From Desulfobacterales bacterium (GTDB lineage: Bacteria > Desulfobacterota > Desulfobacteria > Desulfobacterales > UBA2174): a stretch of 23,146 nt of DNA. The notes under the pieces are model-generated. The model had not been told where the DNA came from. It worked only from the letters and a program-made list of their open reading frames with translations, and made no database searches. Position 1 is the stretch's first letter. Each line of letters begins with the position of its first letter. The stretch spans positions 1 through 23,146 of the forward strand of contig CAXXWC010000007.1 of assembly GCA_963668645.2 (NCBI GenBank), given 5' to 3'. Below, piece after piece: positions 1-7,080 of this stretch. The position numbers were made by a program, and so were the translations under genes.

Positions 1-63
1 GAAAACGGCAATCGTAAAGGACCGGCGCCCCGGGAGCGCGGCAGATGCTTTCGGCCCGAAGAC

Positions 64-1107
64 ATGGACCTGCGGAATCCGTCGATGAAAAATTCTCTTC
101 AAACCCTGTTGAACCGCCCGATGGCCATCGGTAAAAAGACCATCTCCCGGCGCCTGGCCCTGGCCCCCATGACCGTTGTGGGCAACGCGGCCTTTCGCGA
201 GCTGCTCTGCGAGTTCGGCGGTTACGGACTGCTCTGGTCAGAGATGTGCAGCGCCGGGCGCCTGCCGGCCGAAAATCCGGCCACTTCGTGCTACTTTCGC
301 TGGCGCGAGGCCGAACGCGCCCACCTGGTGGTGCAGATCGTGGGCGGGGAGATCCCCCGGCTGGTCGAAGCGGCCCGGCGCATCGAGGACGAAGGCTTTT
401 TCGGGGTCGATCTGAACTTCGGCTGCTCGGTCAAGGCCATCTGCAAACAGGCCGGTGGGGCCGAACTGCTCAAGACCCCCCAGCGGGCGGCCGGCATCGT
501 GGCGGCGGTGCGCCGCGCGGTGGCCTGCCCGGTGCTGGTCAAGTTCCGCACCGGGTGGCGCGACGATCCGGCCCCGGCGGTGGAAATGGCCCGGCGCTTC
601 GAGGCGGCCGGGGCCGATGCCCTCACCTTCCATCCGCGCGTGGCCCCGGACCGGCGCACCCGCCCCCCGCGCTGGGAGTATATCGGTGCGGTCAAAGCGG
701 CGGTCGGGATTCCGGTTTTCGGCAACGGCAACGTCTTTTCGCCTGCCGACTGCCTGCGCATGCTGGAAACCACCGGCTGCGACGCCGTGGCGGTGGGCCG
801 CATGGCCGTGGCCCGGCCCTGGCTCTTTGCCGAGTGGACCGCTGGCCTGGTGCCGGATGACGGGATCTATGGCCGCACGGCCCTGCGGCTCATCGATCTT
901 CTGGCGCTGCACTTCGAACCGCTCCAGGCCCTGCGACGCTTCAGGCGCTTTGCCGATTTTTTCGCCGCCAACTTCAAGTTCGGCCACACCCTGCGCAGCC
1001 GCCTGACCACGGTCACCGACCTGGATGGGGCCGCCGCTGCGGTGGTCCAATTTTTGACGGAAGCCCCGCAACTGACCGCCGGTCCCAACCTGAATTTCTT
1101 CCATTGA
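64..1107 (+). CDS. tRNA-dihydrouridine synthase family protein (DusB/NifR3-like, divergent); start may be ATG 85
   Basis: Dus motifs: LAPM, SEM, LVVQIVG, DLNFGC (catalytic Cys), GAELLK, VKFRTGW, LTFHPR, PVFGNG, GCDAVAVGR..ARPW. Confidence 0.88.
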   Translation: MDLRNPSMKNSLQTLLNRPMAIGKKTISRRLALAPMTVVGNAAFRELLCEFGGYGLLWSEMCSAGRLPAENPATSCYFRWREAERAHLVVQIVGGEIPRLVEAARRIEDEGFFGVDLNFGCSVKAICKQAGGAELLKTPQRAAGIVAAVRRAVACPVLVKFRTGWRDDPAPAVEMARRFEAAGADALTFHPRVAPDRRTRPPRWEYIGAVKAAVGIPVFGNGNVFSPADCLRMLETTGCDAVAVGRMAVARPWLFAEWTAGLVPDDGIYGRTALRLIDLLALHFEPLQALRRFRRFADFFAANFKFGHTLRSRLTTVTDLDGAAAAVVQFLTEAPQLTAGPNLNFFH

Positions 1108-1114
1108 AATAGGT

Positions 1115-1158
1115 TCGGCTCCGGAACCTCGCCTTCAGGGTCCCGGAGCCGATTTTTT
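1115..1158 (+). terminator. Intrinsic terminator between convergent genes (probably bidirectional)
   Basis: 10-bp perfect stem TCGGCTCCGG (1115-1124) / CCGGAGCCGA (1143-1152) followed by T6, between the dus stop and the biotin-carrier stop. Confidence 0.75.
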
Positions 1159-1588
1159 AGGCGATGACCATCAACACGTCCCCGGTGGCTACCACGGCGC
1201 CCTTCTGGACCCGGATCTCGCGCACCGTACCGGCCCTTTGCGCCGTGAGGTTGTTTTCCATCTTCATGGCCTCCATCACGGCCACGGTCTGGCCGGCCTC
1301 CACCGCATCGCCCGGCTTGACGCGAATCTCCAGGATGATCCCCGGCAGCGGTGCGGTCATGGCCCCGCTGCCGGCGGGTAGCGGCGCGTCGGCAGGTGCA
1401 GAAACGGCGCTGGCGGCCGGCGGCACCGCGTCTTGGGCAGGCCGAGGGGAGACGGCCGCCACTGCGGCCGCGCGGGTGTATGCGATCTCGTAGGCGGTGC
1501 CGTCCACCGCCACGCGGGCATGGTCGGCCCCCAGGTCAAGGATCTGGACGGCGAATTGTTTTTCCCCGATGCGAATCTCGTAGTTCAT
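1157..1588 (-). CDS. mmdC: Biotin carboxyl carrier subunit of ion-translocating decarboxylase (MmdC/GcdC-like), 143 aa
   Basis: MNYEIRIGEKQFAV N-terminus, Ala/Pro linker, APLPG..VKPGD.V..GQ..EAMKMEN biotinylation motif. GGGAG RBS precedes ATG 1588, so the ORF-track start at 1681 is an extension. Confidence 0.9.
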   Translation of the reverse strand: MNYEIRIGEKQFAVQILDLGADHARVAVDGTAYEIAYTRAAAVAAVSPRPAQDAVPPAASAVSAPADAPLPAGSGAMTAPLPGIILEIRVKPGDAVEAGQTVAVMEAMKMENNLTAQRAGTVREIRVQKGAVVATGDVLMVIA

Positions 1589-1593
1589 GGATA

Positions 1594-2529
1594 TTATTCT
1601 CCCTTGACGCCCGGGACCGGACCCCGGCGATAGAGTTGTTGTCTGCCGGCCATCATCTCCATCCGGCCGCTGGCGGCCCATGGGCCCGGACCGGCGCCCA
1701 GGGCGTTCTCCTCCCGGGGCCGGGTGGCGTTGGCGGCCAGGTGCAGGGCCAGGGCCACGGCGGCGGCCAATTCGGGAGCCGGTCCGGCGGCCAGCGCCGG
1801 GCCCGGCTTCGGCGCTGCCGGTTCAGGGGCCGGTGCAGCGGCCGCGCGGCGCTCCAGGCGCCGGAAGATCCACCCGCTGGTAAACATGCCCACCATCAAC
1901 AGGCCGAGCACGATGAAGATCCCGAAAAAACGGATGAACAGCGTCCCCAGGGCATAGCCCCAGAACGAATCGCGCGGCCCGCCGATCAGGGTCAACCGGC
2001 CGTCGGCCTTGCCGTCGGCGTCCATGGGACCGCCGTCGACGGCGGTCAGGACCAGCTCCCAGACCCGCTGTTCCAAGGCGCGCGATTCGGCCTTGGCATT
2101 GGCCCAAGGCGGCGTGGCCGAAGGCTTGAACACATACCAGGCCGTGCCGGAGGTGAAAAAGTCCGAGCGCATGGCCAGGTGCACGCTGCCGCCTTGGGGC
2201 AGACCGGTCACGTCCATGGCGAAAAGACCGGATTTGAAGTTTTTCGTATCAACACCCTGACTCGAGGTCGTATCGAAGCCCACAGGCCGCACGCCGCTCA
2301 GGGTGCCGCTCTGGGCCGTCAGAAAAATCTGGACGCTGGTGCTTTTGCCGCGCGGGATCAGCTTGGCCGCCAGTCCGTCGCCCGAAGGTCCGATCGCCGG
2401 GGCCGGCTTTTCCATATCCTGACCGCTGATGCCCATGGCCTGAACCGGTCCGGCCAGGACGGCCACGAGGGCCGCGGCCGCCAGCAGGCGGTACCAGGTG
2501 TTTTTGATAGATAATGAACAGGTATTCAT
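1594..2529 (-). CDS. OadG/MmdD (gamma/delta)-family decarboxylase subunit fused to an N-terminal exported choice-of-anchor-U-like domain
   Basis: Signal peptide (RLLAAAALVAVLAGPVQA), soluble domain ending LTAVDGGPMDADGKADGRLTLIGGP, single TM (FFGIFIVLGLLMVGM), Pro/Ala linker, ELAAAVALAL and WAASGR motifs. Lies between the beta and biotin-carrier genes with GGAGGAGG RBS. Confidence 0.8.
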   Translation of the reverse strand: MNTCSLSIKNTWYRLLAAAALVAVLAGPVQAMGISGQDMEKPAPAIGPSGDGLAAKLIPRGKSTSVQIFLTAQSGTLSGVRPVGFDTTSSQGVDTKNFKSGLFAMDVTGLPQGGSVHLAMRSDFFTSGTAWYVFKPSATPPWANAKAESRALEQRVWELVLTAVDGGPMDADGKADGRLTLIGGPRDSFWGYALGTLFIRFFGIFIVLGLLMVGMFTSGWIFRRLERRAAAAPAPEPAAPKPGPALAAGPAPELAAAVALALHLAANATRPREENALGAGPGPWAASGRMEMMAGRQQLYRRGPVPGVKGE

Positions 2530-2540
2530 GCCGCCTCCTC

Positions 2541-3689
2541 CTACTGGAACATGGCGATGAACATGCCGGCGGCGGCGGCCGAGCCGATCACTCCGGCCAG
2601 GTTGGGCCCCATGGCATGCATCATCAGCCAGTTGTTCGGGTCGGCCTTGAGTCCCTCGGTGTGCGAAACGCGCGCCGACATCGGCACCGCCGAAACCCCT
2701 GCCGAACCGATCAACGGGTTGATCTTCTCAGTCAGAAAGCGGTTCATGACATGCACGGTAAGGATCCCGCCGATGGTACAGACCACGAAATCGAGCAGGC
2801 CGAAGGTGAAGATCAGCAGCGGCTTGACACTCAAAAAGACCTCGGCCTGCATCGTGGCCCCCACCGACAACCCCAAAAAGATCGTCACGATGTTCATCAG
2901 GGCGTTCTGGGCCGTGTCGGACAGGCGGCGCACCACCCCGCATTCGCGCATGAAGTTGCCGAACATGAACATGCCCATCAGCGGGGCCACGGCCGGAATC
3001 AGCAGGATGATGAGCACCGAGGCGACCAGCGGGAAAAGCAGTTTTTCGCGGGCCGAAACCGGCCGCAGCTGGCGCATCTTGATGCGGCGCTGGGCCGGGG
3101 TGGTCAGCAGGCGCATGATCGGCGGCTGGATCAGCGGCACCATCGCCATGTACGAGTAGGCGGCCAGGGCGTTGGCCCCGAGCAGATGGGGTGCCAGCTT
3201 GGCCGTCAGGTAGATCGTGGTCGGCCCGTCGGCCCCGCCGATGATCCCCACCGAAGCGGCTTCCTTGAGCGTGAAGCCGGCTACCAGGGTGCCGATGTAG
3301 GTGATAAACACCCCCAGCTGGGCACCGGCGCCGACGATCAGGACCTTGGGATTGGCGATCAGCGGGCCGAAGTCGGTCATGGCCCCCAGCCCCAGAAAAA
3401 TCACGCAGGGAATGATCTCCCACTCGACCCCGTACTTGTAAAAGGCCCGGATCAGTTCCGGGGTCCCATGTTCGGTGAACCCCATCAGGGGCGCCAGCGG
3501 GAAGTTGACCAGAAATATGCCGAACCCGATGGGCACGAGCAGCAGCGGTTCGTAGTTCTTGGCCACCGCCAGGTAGAGAAAGAAAAAGGCGATGAGCATC
3601 ATGACCACCTGTTTGAAGAGCAGGTTGGGCAACCCGGTCTGGGTGGTCAGGATGCTGATGATCAGTTCAAAAACTTGTTCCCAGGACAT
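2541..3689 (-). CDS. mmdB: Sodium ion-translocating decarboxylase beta subunit (OadB/MmdB/GcdB)
   Basis: EPLLLVPIGFG, GAMTDFGPL, GIIGGADGPT, AAYSYMA, NPLIGSAGVSAVPM.AR, HAMGPN.AG.IGS; very hydrophobic; GAGGAG RBS. Confidence 0.96.
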   Translation of the reverse strand: MSWEQVFELIISILTTQTGLPNLLFKQVVMMLIAFFFLYLAVAKNYEPLLLVPIGFGIFLVNFPLAPLMGFTEHGTPELIRAFYKYGVEWEIIPCVIFLGLGAMTDFGPLIANPKVLIVGAGAQLGVFITYIGTLVAGFTLKEAASVGIIGGADGPTTIYLTAKLAPHLLGANALAAYSYMAMVPLIQPPIMRLLTTPAQRRIKMRQLRPVSAREKLLFPLVASVLIILLIPAVAPLMGMFMFGNFMRECGVVRRLSDTAQNALMNIVTIFLGLSVGATMQAEVFLSVKPLLIFTFGLLDFVVCTIGGILTVHVMNRFLTEKINPLIGSAGVSAVPMSARVSHTEGLKADPNNWLMMHAMGPNLAGVIGSAAAAGMFIAMFQ

Positions 3690-3723
3690 GGTGCATCTCC
3701 TCGATTAGCAGCCTGTGGGGGCA

Positions 3724-5274
3724 CTATAACGGTATATTGCCGTGCTTCTTGGCCGGATTGCTGTCGCGTTTGGTTTGCAGCAGGGCAAGGGCCTGGATCA
3801 GTCGGCGGCGCGTGTCGGCCGGGTCGATGACCTCGTCGACGTAGCCCATCTCGGCGGCCCGGTAGGGGTTGGCAAAGCGCTGGCGGTAGTCGTCCACCAG
3901 GCGGCGGCGCTCGGCCGGCGGGTCATCGCTGGACCTGATCGTCTCGCGGTGGATGATCCCCACGGCCCCCTCGGCGCCCATCACGGCGATTTCGGCCGTG
4001 GGATAGGCCAGCACCAGATCGCCGCGGATGTGGCGCGAGTTCATCACGCAGTATGCTCCGCCGTAGGCCTTGCGGGTGATCACGGTCACCCGCGGCACCG
4101 TGGCCTCGCAAAAGGCGTAGATCAGCTTGGCGCCGCTGCGGATGATCCCGCCGTGCTCCTGGTGGATTCCGGGCAGAAACCCGGGCACATCCTCGTAAAC
4201 CACCAGCGGGATGTTGAACGCGTCGCAAAAGCGCACGAAACGGGCACCCTTGACCGAGGCGTCGATGTCCAGGCAGCCGGCCGCCACGGCCGGCTGGTTG
4301 GCCACGATGCCCACCGTGCGGCCGTCAAGGCGCGCCAGGCCGACCACGATGTTGCGGGCAAAGTGGGCATGAACCTCGAAAAAGACGCCTTCGTCCACGT
4401 TGGAACGGATGATCTCGCGGATATCGTAAGGCTTGTTGGAATCGGTGGGCACCAGGGTGCGCAGGGCCGGTTCGGACCGCAGCGGATCGTCGCCTGAAGC
4501 TTGCCGCGGCGGCTCTTCCAGGTTGTTCTGGGGCAGGTAGGCCAGCAGCTGGCGGATCTGGGCCAGGCAGGCGGCATCGTCGGGTGCGGCGAAATGGGCC
4601 ACCCCGCTGTGGCTGTTGTGGGCCATGGCCCCGCCCAGGTCCTCTTTGGTGACCGTCTCGTGGGTGACGGCCTTGATGACCTCCGGGCCGGTGATGAACA
4701 TGTAGCTGGTCTTTTCCACCATGAAGATCCAGTCGGTGAGCGCCGGCGAGTAGACCGCACCGCCGGCCGACGGTCCCATGATGGCGGTGATCTGGGGCAC
4801 CACACCCGAGGCCATCACGTTGCGCAGGAAGATTTCGCTGTAGCCGGCCAGGCTCATCACCCCTTCCTGGATGCGGGCCCCGCCCGAGTCGCAAAGCCCG
4901 ATTACCGGGGCCCCCATCTTCATGGCCGCGTCCATGACCTTGCAGATCTTCTCGGCATGGGCCAGGGACAAGGAGCCGCCGAGTACGGTGAAATCCTGGG
5001 CGAATACAAAAACCGGCCGCCCGTGGACGCGCCCGCTGCCCGCCACCACCCCGTCGCCGGCGATCTTCTGGGCATCCATTCCGAAATCGGTGCAGCGGTG
5101 GGTCTTGAAACGGTCGGTTTCGACAAACGAACCCGGATCCAGCAGGCCGTCGATGCGCTCTCTGGCGGTGAGCTTGCCGCTTTGATGCTGCTTGGCGATG
5201 CGCCCCAGGCCGCCGCCCGCAAGGGCGCTGCGGTTGCGCACATCCAGTTCGTCGAGCAGTTGTTGGTGGTCCAT
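3724..5274 (-). CDS. mmdA: Acyl-CoA carboxyltransferase (methylmalonyl-CoA decarboxylase alpha / PccB family), 516 aa
   Basis: [76 protein letters not shown] precedes ATG 5274; first gene of the pump operon. Confidence 0.93.
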   Translation of the reverse strand: MDHQQLLDELDVRNRSALAGGGLGRIAKQHQSGKLTARERIDGLLDPGSFVETDRFKTHRCTDFGMDAQKIAGDGVVAGSGRVHGRPVFVFAQDFTVLGGSLSLAHAEKICKVMDAAMKMGAPVIGLCDSGGARIQEGVMSLAGYSEIFLRNVMASGVVPQITAIMGPSAGGAVYSPALTDWIFMVEKTSYMFITGPEVIKAVTHETVTKEDLGGAMAHNSHSGVAHFAAPDDAACLAQIRQLLAYLPQNNLEEPPRQASGDDPLRSEPALRTLVPTDSNKPYDIREIIRSNVDEGVFFEVHAHFARNIVVGLARLDGRTVGIVANQPAVAAGCLDIDASVKGARFVRFCDAFNIPLVVYEDVPGFLPGIHQEHGGIIRSGAKLIYAFCEATVPRVTVITRKAYGGAYCVMNSRHIRGDLVLAYPTAEIAVMGAEGAVGIIHRETIRSSDDPPAERRRLVDDYRQRFANPYRAAEMGYVDEVIDPADTRRRLIQALALLQTKRDSNPAKKHGNIPL

Positions 5275-5373
5275 CACAATCTCCCTCTTGGTGTTGTTGC
5301 GTCTGAAACGTCCGCCCGGGTCTTGCCCGGACGCCGATGCCGGCCCAGGCCGGAGGCCAAGAGAGTAAGAGAT

Positions 5374-5389
5374 AGCAAACCACATGCCA
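5374..5389 (-). promoter_or_regulatory. sigma54 (RpoN) -24/-12 promoter of the decarboxylase operon
   Basis: Minus strand reads TGGCAT-GTGGT-TTGCT versus consensus TGGCAC-N5-TTGCW, with exact GG-N10-GC spacing, 100 nt upstream of the mmdA start. Confidence 0.78.
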
Positions 5390-5513
5390 TTTTCGCGGCG
5401 CCCCTATTTACGTCCCGGCGGGACTCCGGTGGGCCGGCGTGGGGCCCCGGAAGTGAATCGAGGATTCTCACAAGCGGTCCAAACAGGAATCGCCAGTACC
5501 GAAGTGCTCCTTT

Positions 5514-5531
5514 TCGATCCGCCCGGATCGA
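5514..5531. promoter_or_regulatory. Palindromic site, candidate enhancer (UAS) for a sigma54 activator
   Basis: Perfect 8-bp inverted repeat TCGATCCG-CC-CGGATCGA about 125-140 bp upstream of the -24 element. Confidence 0.4.
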
Positions 5532-5697
5532 TGGAGTCGGATGAAAGGAGGGGGGGGGACTTTGCGATGGAGGGTTGGCCGGCGGCCCGTGAATAGGGTT
5601 TTGGACCGCCGGCCGGGTATGGTATGGAAAGATCCGTCTCGATTCCGGCAAAGGAAATTTACCGGCATTCAAATCAAAGTCGAAAGGGGTCTTTGCG

Positions 5698-6111
5698 ATG
5701 ATCTATATCGGCCATTTCATCCACGCCACCAACCAGGAGCAGGTCGAGGAGGCCGACCGGCGCCACGGGGAGTTCAACCTGGCCACCGATGCCCCGGACG
5801 CAGCCAGCGCCCTGGAGCTGTTTCGCCGCCAGATCCTCTATTACCGCAAGCGCCACGATTTTTTCGAGGGCGTCTGCCGCATCTATCTAGTGGAGCTGTT
5901 CGAATTCGACCGTTTGCCCGACCACCAGGCGGTGATGCTCAACTACAAGTCGGTGGCCGGCGATCCGGTCATGCCTTTCATCCGCTGCGCCGTGCCCACC
6001 AGCGATACCGACGCCTGCCGCATCTTCGACTGGGACAACAACCAGCCCAAGGTGGACGGGGAAAACGAAAAGCTGTTCCTCGCCTTCAACCAAGAGGGGC
6101 CCGAGGCGTAA
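5698..6111 (+). CDS. Hypothetical protein, 137 aa, acidic
   Basis: Codons strongly G/C-ending as in neighbouring genes, natural globular composition, AAGGGG RBS-like site, fills the gap between divergent and convergent genes; no family recognised. Confidence 0.75.
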   Translation: MIYIGHFIHATNQEQVEEADRRHGEFNLATDAPDAASALELFRRQILYYRKRHDFFEGVCRIYLVELFEFDRLPDHQAVMLNYKSVAGDPVMPFIRCAVPTSDTDACRIFDWDNNQPKVDGENEKLFLAFNQEGPEA

Positions 6112-6928
6112 AAACGGCATCCACCAGGGCCGGAAGGGCCTCGGCGGCCGGAGCCTGGATGAAAAATCCGCCGCCTGAAGACAAGGCCAGGCGGGTGAAG
6201 GGGTTGGGTTCGATGTTGATGTCGATGATCAGCCCGCCGCGGGATTTCACCGCCCAGGCGACTTGGTTGGGCAGGTTGGTGGCCCCCGAGGTACCGACGA
6301 TGATCAGGACCCCGGTGGCCGCAGCCGTATCGAGGCTGCTGCGGAAACGGAAATGGACCTCGTTGTAAGTTTCATCGAACCACAAAACGTGGGGACGGGC
6401 CCAGGCGCCGCAGTCGGGGCAGCGCAAACGGGCTGCTTCTTCTGCCAGCAGCGGCTCGCCCGGTTCTTTTGCCGGCACCTGCGGCGCCAGGGGGTAGACC
6501 CGGGTCGAACAACCGTCGACGCAGCGCATGAAAAAAACGTTGCCGTGGATCTGGTAGGTGCGCTCGAGGTGTGATCCGGCCCGCAGATGAAGGCCGTCCA
6601 CATTCTGGGTGATGAGGGTGAAGCGGTCCCCGACAAGGGCTTCCAGCTCGACCAGGGCCCGGTGGCCGGGGTTGGGCGCCGCCTGCCGGCAGACGCCCAT
6701 GCGGTAAAGATACCACTGCCAGACCAATTCCGGATACCGGTTGAACATGGCCCGGGTGGCCATCTCCTGGGGATGGTAGACCCGGGAGCCCACCGTCCAG
6801 TACCCTTCGGGGCCGCGAAAGGTCGGGATCCCGCTTTCGGCCGAAATCCCGGCCCCGCTCATCACGGTGAGCCGCTCCCCCTTGTCGAGCCGCTGCCGGA
6901 TGGCCGTAACGATTCGCGCGTCGATCAT
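6086..6928 (-). CDS. cobB: NAD-dependent protein deacylase, sirtuin/CobB family
   Basis: GAGISAESGIPTFRG, PNPGH, ITQNVDGLH, IHG, Zn ligands CVDGC/CPDC, RPHVLWFDE, VGTSG, DINIEP. GGAGG RBS precedes ATG 6928. Confidence 0.93.
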   Translation of the reverse strand: MIDARIVTAIRQRLDKGERLTVMSGAGISAESGIPTFRGPEGYWTVGSRVYHPQEMATRAMFNRYPELVWQWYLYRMGVCRQAAPNPGHRALVELEALVGDRFTLITQNVDGLHLRAGSHLERTYQIHGNVFFMRCVDGCSTRVYPLAPQVPAKEPGEPLLAEEAARLRCPDCGAWARPHVLWFDETYNEVHFRFRSSLDTAAATGVLIIVGTSGATNLPNQVAWAVKSRGGLIIDINIEPNPFTRLALSSGGGFFIQAPAAEALPALVDAVFTPRAPLG

Positions 6929-7080
6929 AGTCAAAGGCCCTCCTGGCATAACGTACCGCCGGGTGCCGGGAAAAACTTGCAGCCACCCGATGCAGGATGA
7001 GTGTCAGGCCACCGCCGCGTATTGATCGCAGCGACAGACCGGCCGAACCGAAAAATGGCAACCTCTAAAACGGATTTATC

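Noticed and set aside
5275..5385. N-terminal extensions from the ORF track (also 1589-1681, 8578-8739, 17997-18041, 20297-20347)
   Set aside because: Downstream ATGs match family N-termini and mostly have better RBSs; the extensions overlap promoters, hairpins or neighbouring genes.
5698..6928. Sir2 plus unknown gene as an anti-phage (Thoeris/DSR-like) system
   Set aside because: The protein is a standard Zn-binding CobB-type deacylase without extra domains, the partner gene is convergent rather than operonic, and the context is housekeeping.
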